Positions 8,431 to 17,727 are shown, numbered from the stretch's first letter. The stretch: 38,846 bases of DNA from an uncultured Gammaproteobacteria bacterium (GCA_964457405.1 CAYWEP010000003.1:3036-41881), one strand, 5' to 3'. Translations and numbers: made by a program. The notes: a model not told the origin generated them from the sequence alone.

Positions 8431-9310
8431 GATATATCGAGATATTATTAGCTCCGTATTTTTTTGATACAGATATTGTATCTGCTCTTTCAGCTAACTT
8501 GTCAAATCTCTGGGTTCGAAAAATCTGTGATAGTATAAACAACAGTGTCTTTACCAAATGTCCTGTATAAAAAATTTTAATGATTTTGAATCGTGATGTA
8601 GTCTTTAGTTTTTTTTCAAAAACTTTTTCATCGTATCTTCTCAGATGACCTATTTTTTTATCATGAATAATATTTAACGGAATAAAAAATGGCCAAACAT
8701 ATCTAAATTTTAGTGGGGTAGTTATAAAAACATCAGCGCGACTTGCTGCCACTCTATCTATTTCTTTTAATGCTTTTCTATCATGAGGCAAGTGCTCTAA
8801 AATTGCGTTTGCACTAATATAGTCGAAAGTGTTATTAGAAAATGGTAACGTTTCTGCATTACATACTACCCAAAAGGTTTTTTTTGCAACATTATTTTTT
8901 TTTGCCAAGTATTTTGCCCTTTGAATACCAACTAAAGATAAATCGCAACCAACAGCCTGAAATCTCTTTTTTGCAGCCTCTATAACAGTATACCCTGTTC
9001 CTCCAACACCAATATCCAAAAACACATGTTCTTTTTTTTCGTTTTTTAAATTAAACAAGCCAAAAATCCTTTCATTGTATGTTTTTTGCCACAATTCTAT
9101 AGGATCTTTCTTATATGCTTTATCAAAATATTTTATTTGATGTTCATATTGCGGATTATTCTTTTTTTCGGCCTCAGTTATAAATAAAGGAATATCATCT
9201 ACTACCAAAAATTTTACATCGCATTTTTTACAATACAAATTAATATTATAGGAAAGTTTTCCCTTACATACTGGGCAAACAATTATTTTAATCCATTTTG
9301 CATCAATCAT
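8417..9310 (-). CDS. Class I SAM-dependent methyltransferase with N-terminal Trm112-like zinc-ribbon domain
   Basis: IVCPVCK...YCKKC...VDDIP N-terminus; FLDIGVGGTG, GCDLS, LPFSNNTFD, LEHL, GHLRRY. Confidence 0.85.
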   Translation of the reverse strand: MIDAKWIKIIVCPVCKGKLSYNINLYCKKCDVKFLVVDDIPLFITEAEKKNNPQYEHQIKYFDKAYKKDPIELWQKTYNERIFGLFNLKNEKKEHVFLDIGVGGTGYTVIEAAKKRFQAVGCDLSLVGIQRAKYLAKKNNVAKKTFWVVCNAETLPFSNNTFDYISANAILEHLPHDRKALKEIDRVAASRADVFITTPLKFRYVWPFFIPLNIIHDKKIGHLRRYDEKVFEKKLKTTSRFKIIKIFYTGHLVKTLLFILSQIFRTQRFDKLAERADTISVSKKYGANNISIYLRNY

Positions 9311-9363
9311 AACTTCATATATTTAAAAATATAACTTAAACAATATTGACATACGATAAGCAA

Positions 9364-10377
9364 TTACGTAATTATTTTCTCAAAAAATTTCACAAAGGCA
9401 TCTGCTGTCCATCGATTTTTGTATTCCTTGCTCTCTAAAAACTTCTCGATTTCATGGATATAGGAATTGTACGTTTTTTCATCAATCGATTCCAGAAACT
9501 TACTCATTTCTTTGTAATTTTTAAATTGTCTCCAATCAATAAAACATCTTTTACTAATAAATTCTGAAATATTAGGAGCTCCTAAGTAAATTGGTACACA
9601 GTGTGCTTTAAAAAAATCAATCATTTTTTCAGAAATATAACCAGTAGATTCACAATTTTCAAAACAAAGAGCAAACTTGAATTGAGATAGTATTTTGTAC
9701 TTGTCTTGAGATTGAAAACCGCCTTTATAAGAAGAAAATTTTTTATATCCAAATAACCGTTGTCCAATACTAAATCGTGCAGGTTTATTCCACCCTCTTC
9801 CATATAAAGAAAAATCTGGACGGTTATTAAAAAACTCGATCGCTTTTAATCTTTCAGAATATAATTCTTTTGTGGAAAAGGACAATAACCGAAATGGCAA
9901 AAATGCCACCCAATTTGCATTCATTAAAACAACAAGCTTTTTCTCTTTGAAAGGAAATTTTTGTGGCTTCATACCAGCATCAATTTTTGGAATATTGAAT
10001 TTATAATATTTTTTGTTATCAACAAAATCATCATTCCATGTATATACTCTATCAAAAAATACATGGAAAATTTTTATAAAGCTAAATGGATTTACAATTG
10101 GAGTTTCAACGATAAATAAAATGTTTTTTTTCTTGTTTTTGACAATTCTTATCCAATGCTTCACGTCCCATGGATATGGCATGTCAAAATAGACATCTTT
10201 CTCCGTTGGAGACTCAGTAGGAATATCGATAGTATTAAGAACAATATTTTTTTTAGCAAGGGCATTTCGAGCTGCCACAAGATATGGAGATGCAGCAACA
10301 GAACCGCTATTGAAAATATTATTTTGATAATAAATTTTATTGTTAAATGGTTTCAATCCAATTAATCTTTTTTTCAT
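9364..10377 (-). CDS. GT10 family (alpha-1,3/4-fucosyltransferase-like) glycosyltransferase
   Basis: Signature FKFALCFENCESTGYISEKMIDFFKAHCVPIYLG. ATG at 10377 preferred over the track's TTG at 10404. Confidence 0.85.
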   Translation of the reverse strand: MKKRLIGLKPFNNKIYYQNNIFNSGSVAASPYLVAARNALAKKNIVLNTIDIPTESPTEKDVYFDMPYPWDVKHWIRIVKNKKKNILFIVETPIVNPFSFIKIFHVFFDRVYTWNDDFVDNKKYYKFNIPKIDAGMKPQKFPFKEKKLVVLMNANWVAFLPFRLLSFSTKELYSERLKAIEFFNNRPDFSLYGRGWNKPARFSIGQRLFGYKKFSSYKGGFQSQDKYKILSQFKFALCFENCESTGYISEKMIDFFKAHCVPIYLGAPNISEFISKRCFIDWRQFKNYKEMSKFLESIDEKTYNSYIHEIEKFLESKEYKNRWTADAFVKFFEKIIT

Positions 10378-10400
10378 AATCAGAGTGTATTTTGATACTA

Positions 10401-11225
10401 TCAAATGATCTTTTTGCTGCGAAGCAGGTTATAGAGCTGAATTCTGCTGCCAGTCGGCATAAACCATGCGGTGGCAAATTGCAGAACATTGTAAACGATA
10501 TCATAAAATGTTGGCTTATAGCCATATTTTTTAACAGCATTTATTTTGACTAAAAAACCCATAATCTCTGTCCTCAATACGTTGTTGTGACTACTCGATG
10601 TAATAATCAGTCTATACTTTAATAAAGGCATTGGAATACTTGCAAATTTATACTTTCTCCCTAATCGAAACCAGAAATCGATATCTTCACACGGATATTT
10701 TGTACCGTCATACCTTCCCGTCTTCAGATAAGCATCCTTTCTAAGCATAACGGTCGGATGTGCAAATGGAGAATAGCGGAACATTATTCTTTTTAACTGG
10801 TCCGAAGTTATTGGATATATTCTTTTCCCCACAGTAGTATTACGCTCATCGATAACAATAATATCATTACCAACAATTGCAATATCTGGGTGAGATTTCA
10901 AAAACTCATACTGAATCTCGAGTCGCTTTGGAAGAGAAATGTCATCTTGATCCATTCTCGCAATAATATCTGATTTTGCTTGATCGATAGCAAGATTTAA
11001 TGACTCAGCCATGTGCAAGTTCTTTTTATTTCTTATTACTTTAATACGCTTATCCTTTTTTTTAAATGAATTAATAATTTGTAAAGTATTATCTGTAGAA
11101 GCGTCATCGATAAGAATTAACTCAAAATTTTGGAGCGTTTGAGAGAGAATGCTCTCTATTGCCTGAGCAATATATGTTTCTGCGTTGTAAATTGAGATAA
11201 CAACAGAAACAAGCGGTTTATTCAT
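10401..11225 (-). CDS. GT2 family glycosyltransferase
   Basis: PLVSVVISIYN, LIDDASTD, ARMDQDD (DxD), HPTVM, CEDIDFW. Confidence 0.9.
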   Translation of the reverse strand: MNKPLVSVVISIYNAETYIAQAIESILSQTLQNFELILIDDASTDNTLQIINSFKKKDKRIKVIRNKKNLHMAESLNLAIDQAKSDIIARMDQDDISLPKRLEIQYEFLKSHPDIAIVGNDIIVIDERNTTVGKRIYPITSDQLKRIMFRYSPFAHPTVMLRKDAYLKTGRYDGTKYPCEDIDFWFRLGRKYKFASIPMPLLKYRLIITSSSHNNVLRTEIMGFLVKINAVKKYGYKPTFYDIVYNVLQFATAWFMPTGSRIQLYNLLRSKKII

Positions 11226-11231
11226 GAAAAC

Positions 11232-11331
11232 AATATATAATTGCGTTAGCTATAATCATAACAATTTTCTACCTTAAAGACAAGAAAAGATTTGCTTTTC
11301 AATAGAAAATCTCTTATGTTTTTGGTATACT
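11232..11331. promoter_or_regulatory. Divergent promoter region with -10 elements placed for leaderless transcripts
   Basis: Plus strand: TGgTATACT (11323-11331) 6 nt before GTG 11338. Minus strand: TATATT (11237-11232) 6 nt before ATG 11225. Confidence 0.45.
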
Positions 11332-11337
11332 CACAAA

Positions 11338-11946
11338 GTGAAATATTTCTATGATAGGTTCTGGGAAAAGACGAAAATTTTGGGAGATTATCATTACAAA
11401 GCGGCGTTTATTAAAAAATTAGTGCCTCAGGAAAAAAATCTTAGACTTTTGGATTTTGGTTGCGGAAATGGCCTTATCACTCAAGATTTTTTAGAAATCA
11501 ACCCAACTCTGAAGATAACTGGCGTAGATGTTTCAAAAGTTGCAATTGCTATGGCAAAAAAAAGAATGCCAGAGCAAAAATTTTATACCATAGCTGAAGA
11601 TAAAGAATTGCCATTCAAAAATAACTCGTTTGATGTTGTTTCGGCAGTAGATGTATTACTTTGCATATATGATACCGAATTTATATTCAAAGAATTATCC
11701 AGGGTTTTAAGTCCCTCCGGAAGATTGCTTATTACCCTTCCTTATTATGGACTTTTAAAAAATCTTGTAATTTCTCTCTTTGCGTTTGACATTGTTTTTA
11801 ATCCTCGGTTTTCTTCTATTCGTTTCTATACAAAAAAAACTTTGATTCATGAAATTAGAGCTGTTGGGTTGTATCCAATTGAATTCGGATATTTTGGTAG
11901 ATTTTATCCGTTTTCCAAAGTTATGTACTGTATTTCCAAAAAATAA
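11338..11946 (+). CDS. Class I SAM-dependent methyltransferase (Methyltransf_11-like)
   Basis: LLDFGCGNG, GVDVS, LPFKNNSFDVV, RVLSPSGRL. Confidence 0.85.
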   Translation: MKYFYDRFWEKTKILGDYHYKAAFIKKLVPQEKNLRLLDFGCGNGLITQDFLEINPTLKITGVDVSKVAIAMAKKRMPEQKFYTIAEDKELPFKNNSFDVVSAVDVLLCIYDTEFIFKELSRVLSPSGRLLITLPYYGLLKNLVISLFAFDIVFNPRFSSIRFYTKKTLIHEIRAVGLYPIEFGYFGRFYPFSKVMYCISKK

Positions 11947-11962
11947 TTTCTCAGAAACGAGA

Positions 11963-11991
11963 TTGCATTTCAAAAAGTCCGATGTTAAAAT
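11963..11991 (+). promoter_or_regulatory. sigma70-type promoter for the 12001-14614 operon
   Basis: TTGCAT (11963-11968), N17, TAAAAT (11986-11991) with extended TG at 11983-11984; 9 nt before ATG 12001. Confidence 0.6.
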
Positions 11992-12000
11992 GAGCTGTCC

Positions 12001-12552
12001 ATGAAACTCCATTTAGGAAGCGGCAAAAGGTACATTCCTGGCTTCGTTCATATCGATATCAATAAATTTCCTCATATCGATTATGTCCACGACATCAAAA
12101 CGCTTCCCATGATTAAAAGCAATTCTGTCGAGCTCATTTACTTTTGTCATGGAATAGAATATTTTGACAGAATAGAAATAGAAAATATTTTGCAAGAATG
12201 GAAGAGAGCTCTAAAAAAAAGAGGTATACTTCGTCTAGCAGTTCCTGATTTTGAAGCACTCGTAAAAGTATATAAAAAATATCACGATCTTAACAAAATC
12301 ATCGGCCCATTATATGGCAGGTGGGAAGTCACTAGCAAAAACAAAACAAATGTTATCTATCACAGAACTGTCTACGACTTCACAAGTATCAAAGCAGTTC
12401 TTGAAGAATCAGGATTTAAGAATATAAAACGGTATGACTGGAGAAAAACAATTCACAAAGATTATGATGATTATTCCCAGGCATATATTCCTCATATGAA
12501 TAAAAGAAATGGTATATTAATAAGTTTAAATGTTGAGGCAACAAAATCGTGA
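12001..12552 (+). CDS. Small SAM-dependent methyltransferase-domain protein
   Basis: KLHLGSG, HIDI, HGIEY, RALKKRGILRLAVPD, LEESGF are typical of glycan-cluster methyltransferases. Confidence 0.8.
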   Translation: MKLHLGSGKRYIPGFVHIDINKFPHIDYVHDIKTLPMIKSNSVELIYFCHGIEYFDRIEIENILQEWKRALKKRGILRLAVPDFEALVKVYKKYHDLNKIIGPLYGRWEVTSKNKTNVIYHRTVYDFTSIKAVLEESGFKNIKRYDWRKTIHKDYDDYSQAYIPHMNKRNGILISLNVEATKS

Positions 12553-13523
12553 AGAAAATTTTGATTACTGGAGGTGCCGGATATATTGGATCGGTACTAA
12601 CAAGACAATTAGTACAAAAGGGATATATGGTAACAGTTTTTGATAATCTTCAGTTCGGAGGAGAAGCAACCATTGATCTTCTATCGCACAAAAGATTCAA
12701 ATTGGTACGGGGAGATATTCGAAATAAAGCACAGGTTCAGGATGCACTTAAAAATATTGATTGTGTAGTAAACCTTGCGGCGTTAGTCGGTGATCTAGCA
12801 TGCAGTATCGACACAAAAGCAACGAATGATATAAATTATAGTGGTGCAAAAATTGTGTGTGATGTATCAAAAGCAAGCGGACTCAAACGATTTATTCATA
12901 TTTCAACCTGCAGCAATTATGGTATTTCTGACACAAAACACCCGGCGACAGAAGAAGCTACTCTTCATCCAATCTCTCTGTATGCCACAACGAAAATTGC
13001 TGCTGAAAGATACGTAATAACGCAAACAAGTAATGATTTTCCTGTATGTATTTTGCGATTAGCAACAGCGTACGGCCTGTCCCCTCGCATGAGATTTGAT
13101 CTTTTAGTCAATGAATTTTTACGCGACGCGTTTGTAAAGAAAAAAATTTCTGTATACCAACCTCTTGCCTGGCGGTCTTTTGTTCATGTCTTCGATATTG
13201 CCCAAGCAATCCACCTTGCTCTTGCCGCGCCTAAAAAGAAAATAAATGGTCAGATATTTAATGTTGTGAATAAAAACTATCAAAAACAAGAAATTGTTAA
13301 CTTTATAAAAAAATATATCCCCGGATGCAAAGAAGAAATTATCAATTCAGCAGCAGACAAAAGAGATTACAATGTGAGTTCGGAAAAAATAAAAAAAACC
13401 TTAGGATTTAAGGCAAAAATCGGTCTACAAGCTGGAATGAAAGAAATGCTCACTGCTCTTAAGACCGGAATTTTTAAAGATCCAACAGACTACCGGTATA
13501 CAAATACATGGCCTTCTTTATGA
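12549..13523 (+). CDS. NAD-dependent SDR, probable nucleotide-sugar 4-dehydrogenase/epimerase (resembles C. jejuni Cj1427-type GDP-heptose dehydrogenase)
   Basis: ITGGAGYIGSVL, LAALVG, STCSNYG, YATTK, RLATAYGLSPRMRFDLLVNEF, DKRDY. GTGA overlap with the upstream stop. The subfamily call rests on recalled similarity. Confidence 0.8.
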   Translation: MKKILITGGAGYIGSVLTRQLVQKGYMVTVFDNLQFGGEATIDLLSHKRFKLVRGDIRNKAQVQDALKNIDCVVNLAALVGDLACSIDTKATNDINYSGAKIVCDVSKASGLKRFIHISTCSNYGISDTKHPATEEATLHPISLYATTKIAAERYVITQTSNDFPVCILRLATAYGLSPRMRFDLLVNEFLRDAFVKKKISVYQPLAWRSFVHVFDIAQAIHLALAAPKKKINGQIFNVVNKNYQKQEIVNFIKKYIPGCKEEIINSAADKRDYNVSSEKIKKTLGFKAKIGLQAGMKEMLTALKTGIFKDPTDYRYTNTWPSL

Positions 13524-14614
13524 GAAAGTATATACATCAAATGGAACCTTGGATAGGCAAAGAAGAAAAGAAAGCAGTTGCAAAATATTTAAGTTCCGGT
13601 GGATGGTTGACAGAATTTAAAGAAACTGAAAAATTTGAACAATTATTAGCAGAATATACTGGAGCAAAATATGCCTGTGCAGTAAACAATGGAACGGTGA
13701 GTCTTTTTATTGCGCTGATGAGCCTAGGAATTGGAAAAGGTGATGAAGTAATTGTTCCAAACCTTACTATGATAGCCTCCGCAAATTCTGTACTTCTGGC
13801 TGGTGCAATACCACGACTGGTAGATATAGAGCAAAAGACTATGTGTCTTGATCTTGCTTTAGCGGAAAAATCTATAACAAAAAAAACAAAAGCAATAATG
13901 CTCGTAAATCTTAATGGGAAATCGCCTGATATGAAAAAGTTGCTTGCGCTTTGCAAAAAATACAAACTTTATTTGGTTGAAGATGCTGCTCAAGCACTTG
14001 GATCTTTTTGGAATAGAAAACATATGGGAACATTTGGTGATATTGGATCCTTTTCCTTTTCCCCGCACAAAATAGTTACTACAGGACAAGGAGGAGCACT
14101 CGTAACAAATAGCCAGGAGCTGATTAAGAAAATCAGAAAAATTAAAGACTTCGGGAGAGTAAAAAGCGGCGTAGATTTACATGATAGCTTGGGTTTTAAC
14201 TTCAAGTTTACTGACTTACAAGCTGTTATTGGGATAGAGCAGATGAAAAAAATCAAATCTCTGGTAAAAAGAAAAAAAGAAATTTATGCTCTCTATGAAA
14301 AAGAATTATCACCGATAAAAAATATACGTTTTATACAAACGAATCTTTCAGAGACGTCACCTTGGTTTGTTGACATTTTTGTGGAAAACAGAGAAAAGCT
14401 GATGGAGTTTTTGAAAAAACATCAGATTGCGACACGACCGTTTTATCCCCCAGTTCATACACAATCACCATATAGAGAAATGAAAGAGTATAAAAATGCT
14501 CGTTTTTATGTCAGTCAGCAATTATCATCTCAGGGCTTATGGCTTCCTTCTTCACTCTCTCTCACCAATCAACAAATAAAATATATTACAAAAATAATAA
14601 AAGAATTTTATTGA
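13520..14614 (+). CDS. DegT/DnrJ/EryC1/StrS PLP-dependent sugar aminotransferase (perosamine-synthase-like)
   Basis: NNGTVSL, GDEVIVP, EDAAQALG, FSFSPHKIVTTGQGG (PLP Lys), GFNFK, LWLPS. ATG 13520 forms an ATGA overlap with the upstream stop. Confidence 0.92.
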   Translation: MRKYIHQMEPWIGKEEKKAVAKYLSSGGWLTEFKETEKFEQLLAEYTGAKYACAVNNGTVSLFIALMSLGIGKGDEVIVPNLTMIASANSVLLAGAIPRLVDIEQKTMCLDLALAEKSITKKTKAIMLVNLNGKSPDMKKLLALCKKYKLYLVEDAAQALGSFWNRKHMGTFGDIGSFSFSPHKIVTTGQGGALVTNSQELIKKIRKIKDFGRVKSGVDLHDSLGFNFKFTDLQAVIGIEQMKKIKSLVKRKKEIYALYEKELSPIKNIRFIQTNLSETSPWFVDIFVENREKLMEFLKKHQIATRPFYPPVHTQSPYREMKEYKNARFYVSQQLSSQGLWLPSSLSLTNQQIKYITKIIKEFY

Positions 14615-14616
14615 TT

Positions 14617-15180
14617 TTATTTTTTTGGATTTCTTAACTCTTTGATGAAATCGAAGTTAATTTGTGAGAATTTAATGACAATTTGGAAAGTTTCTTTGTC
14701 TTCACCCGAAGCTCTTTTTTCAAGCTGTTTAAAGATTTTCTGATGCTCTGAGGCTGCCTGTGTTATTCTACGATCAAGCAGTGGCGGTATTGCATCATGA
14801 GCTTGTAACGCTCGATTATAGTCTTGCACAAGTATACTATAATAATTTTCCCCTTTTAATGCTGTCTCTTTTGCGAGAGCAACTTGTCCTTTTTCCATTA
14901 ATAATTTACTTGCATAAATTGTTTTGCCTGCCATGAGCAAATCAAATTCCACTTTTTTAGCAGGCTTTACGATAAGTTTTTTTATAATTTTATTTCTTAG
15001 AACCTTTATTTTATAAAATCTATTGTCTGGTAATATCCCCGGCCAGGGAAAAGAATATTCGCTAGTAGTGGCTTTTGAAATTGAGTTATTGGAAATCACG
15101 ATAAAAATAAAAAAAGTAAAAACAAAAAAACATAAAAACCACAACTTCCAAGCAATGTTAATTATGTTTTGCGTGCTCAT
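14617..15180 (-). CDS. DUF5667-like exported or membrane-anchored protein
   Basis: N-terminal hydrophobic helix then YSFPWPGILPDNRFYKIKVLRNKI...KKVEFDLLMAGK, resembling the PG.LPD..Y..K pattern of DUF5667. Confidence 0.6.
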   Translation of the reverse strand: MSTQNIINIAWKLWFLCFFVFTFFIFIVISNNSISKATTSEYSFPWPGILPDNRFYKIKVLRNKIIKKLIVKPAKKVEFDLLMAGKTIYASKLLMEKGQVALAKETALKGENYYSILVQDYNRALQAHDAIPPLLDRRITQAASEHQKIFKQLEKRASGEDKETFQIVIKFSQINFDFIKELRNPKK

Positions 15181-15189
15181 AAAACGAAA

Positions 15190-15507
15190 TTACTGTTCTA
15201 TTAAAATCTCTTTTCCTATCCTTCTTACAGCTTTTTCTATTTTAAATTCAACATAAGATATCCAAATCATAATTCCTCTCAGAGTCTTTGTTATGAGGAT
15301 TATGGGAAAATTTCTAATTGTTGTTTTAATTGGCTCTAATTTATAATTTTTTCTCAGAATTTTTCTTGCATGTTCTGCAACCGATACAGATTTCGTTAAT
15401 TGGAAAGCTGTAATGAGAATGAGAGAAAAGAGCAAAAAAACTGCAACAAAAAAAATATTAGGATAATGTATAAGAAGAATATCGTATAAAGAAATAAATA
15501 GGTCCAT
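15190..15507 (-). CDS. Small hypothetical membrane protein
   Basis: 105 aa that fill the gap exactly (9-nt spacers each side) in the operon direction; one N-terminal hydrophobic segment and a basic C-terminal part. Confidence 0.55.
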   Translation of the reverse strand: MDLFISLYDILLIHYPNIFFVAVFLLFSLILITAFQLTKSVSVAEHARKILRKNYKLEPIKTTIRNFPIILITKTLRGIMIWISYVEFKIEKAVRRIGKEILIEQ

Positions 15508-15516
15508 AAGATTATA

Positions 15517-16734
15517 TTAAACAAGCTTAGGATTGTTGGGTAAGGGGATAATATACGTACCTTGATATTTATATTTCTCTTTAAGGAATGTTATTATCTC
15601 ATCTTTAAAATTCCAGGCTAAAATTACCATAACGTCTGGGTTCTTTTTCATGACTTTGTCCGGACTTTCAATAGGAATATGAGTACCGGCTGTATATAGT
15701 CCTTGCTTTAGTGGATTTTTATCTGCAATCGTAGGTATATATTCAAATCCAATACCACAATAATTTAAAAGAGTCGAGCTTCTCGCAGAGGCCCCATACC
15801 CAACGATGTTTCCATTATTATTTTTATCTAAAATTTTTAAAAGCTTTTCTTTATGTTTTTTGACTTTCTGGGCAAAACCCTGCCAGCTTTTTAACGCATT
15901 TAACTTCATTTGTTTTTCTTTTGTCCTGTAATTTTTTACGGTTTTAGTTTCTTTGACTTTTTTCTTTCTTGCATAGATTATTAAAGAACCACCGCTGATT
16001 GGACTCGTTTGAATGTCTTCTATAAAGATTTCATACTGATTTAAAAGTTCTTCGAGGCTTTTTACAGTAAAATAGCACAGGTGCTCGTGATATATGGAGT
16101 CATAGTGAAGCTCTTTAAATATTTTTTTTGCATAATGTAATTCTAAAATTAACAAACCATCAGTATCTAAAACTGCATACATTCCTCTGACAAAATCATG
16201 AGTATTCGCAACATGAGGAAGAACGTTTCTGGCAATAACAACTTCAGCTGCGCCTAATTCTTTTTTTATTTTTTGGGCTGAGGATACGCCAAAAAACTCG
16301 CATTTTGTTGGTATGCCATTCTTAACTGCCATCTCTACAATATTTTTGGCTGGATCAACGCCTAAAACTTTGTACCCTTTTTTTATGAAGGGCAAGAGAA
16401 ATGTTCCATCGTTACTCGCTACTTCTAAGATATAACCCTTTTTAGAGTTTTTGATTCGGGGAATTACATTCTCACAGAATGCTTTAGCATGGTTACGAGC
16501 AATACTTGATGTTGCCGTAACCCAAACATAATTTGTAAATAATTCTTTCGGATCTACAGTATGATTGAGCTGGACAAGGCTGCATCTTGAGCAATAACTT
16601 AACGATAGAGGATAAAATTTTTCTTTTTCAGAAGTACTTTTGAGCAATGAATTTGCTAATGGTTGATTTTTTAGATCTAAAAATTCTTTAATTTTTTTAC
16701 TTCTACATACCCGACAAGAGTCAATTCTTTTCAT
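15517..16734 (-). CDS. NDP-sugar C-methyltransferase (TylCIII/NovU/TcaB9-like)
   Basis: Zn site CRVC...CSRC, QPLAN, LEVASNDG, YDSIYHEHLCYF, GGSL, YGASARSSTLLNY, ILAWNF. Confidence 0.92.
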   Translation of the reverse strand: MKRIDSCRVCRSKKIKEFLDLKNQPLANSLLKSTSEKEKFYPLSLSYCSRCSLVQLNHTVDPKELFTNYVWVTATSSIARNHAKAFCENVIPRIKNSKKGYILEVASNDGTFLLPFIKKGYKVLGVDPAKNIVEMAVKNGIPTKCEFFGVSSAQKIKKELGAAEVVIARNVLPHVANTHDFVRGMYAVLDTDGLLILELHYAKKIFKELHYDSIYHEHLCYFTVKSLEELLNQYEIFIEDIQTSPISGGSLIIYARKKKVKETKTVKNYRTKEKQMKLNALKSWQGFAQKVKKHKEKLLKILDKNNNGNIVGYGASARSSTLLNYCGIGFEYIPTIADKNPLKQGLYTAGTHIPIESPDKVMKKNPDVMVILAWNFKDEIITFLKEKYKYQGTYIIPLPNNPKLV

Positions 16735-16752
16735 TTATATCTACAAATTATA

Positions 16753-17709
16753 TCATTTTTCCTTGAAGTATTTCCAATAACTTAGTAACGCATCTTTTAA
16801 GGCATACTGTGGTCTCCAACCTAATCCTTTTAATTTTGCCGGAGAAAAGCGGAAACAAACAGGCTTTTCAATTTCTGAAGCAATTGGATAATCTTTTAGG
16901 TTAACACCAACTACTTCTAAAAAAACCTTAGCCAATTTTTCGACTGTTACAGGATTTCCTGAACTAATGTGATAGATTTGTCCTCTTATTCCTCTTTGTA
17001 TAAGGGTTATATATGCTTTTGCAACATCTCTTACGTCAAGAATATCAACTTCTCCCAATTTATTTTTAATAAAAATATCATTCCTTTTCCTCTGCAAAAT
17101 TTCTGAAATTTGTTGGGCAATATAATATTCGATAGTACCAGGAAATTTTCCAGGTCCGGTAAATTGGGTTGCGCGGGTGATTATATATTCTACATTCTTT
17201 GAAGCTGCAAGCAATTTTTCCTGTTCTAACCTACCAGCACGATATGGTTCTTTATGAGAATCAACTCTTGGTAAATCAAAAACAGGAATCTCGGTAATAA
17301 AATCAGGTGATGAAAGTTTCTCATAAACAATGCATCCACTTGTGCCCAATATAAATTTTGTAGGTTTATTAAGACTTTTAACTGCAGAGAGAGTATTTTT
17401 AAATATTCTTACGTTTTCAGTATAGATGTCTGGATTTATAGTGTTTTTGTCCAATCGACCAAGCGTTTTTGTTGCAAAGTGAACAATTGTATTAGGGGAA
17501 AAATCACCAATTACTCGTCTTATCTCCTCTGGGTCTCGCAAATCTAGTATATAGCTTTTAAGTGAGCCATTTGAAATGGATTTCAGCTCAGGAGGAAGAC
17601 TTTTGTGAATAGTACCACCAACAGAATAGTTTTGTGAAACTGCAAGCGTTGCTAAAACTCGTCCAAGCATTCCACCCATGCCAGTAATAAAAAGCTTGGG
17701 ATTTTTCAA
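16753..17709 (-). CDS. Rmd-like NAD(P)-dependent nucleotide-sugar reductase (divergent SDR)
   Basis: FITGMGGMLG, TQFTGPG, DILDVRDVAKAY, YHISSG, LGWRP. Catalytic motif reads PYRAGR. TTG start. Confidence 0.7.
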   Translation of the reverse strand: MKNPKLFITGMGGMLGRVLATLAVSQNYSVGGTIHKSLPPELKSISNGSLKSYILDLRDPEEIRRVIGDFSPNTIVHFATKTLGRLDKNTINPDIYTENVRIFKNTLSAVKSLNKPTKFILGTSGCIVYEKLSSPDFITEIPVFDLPRVDSHKEPYRAGRLEQEKLLAASKNVEYIITRATQFTGPGKFPGTIEYYIAQQISEILQRKRNDIFIKNKLGEVDILDVRDVAKAYITLIQRGIRGQIYHISSGNPVTVEKLAKVFLEVVGVNLKDYPIASEIEKPVCFRFSPAKLKGLGWRPQYALKDALLSYWKYFKEK

Positions 17710-17727
17710 GGTATTAATTTCAAATAC

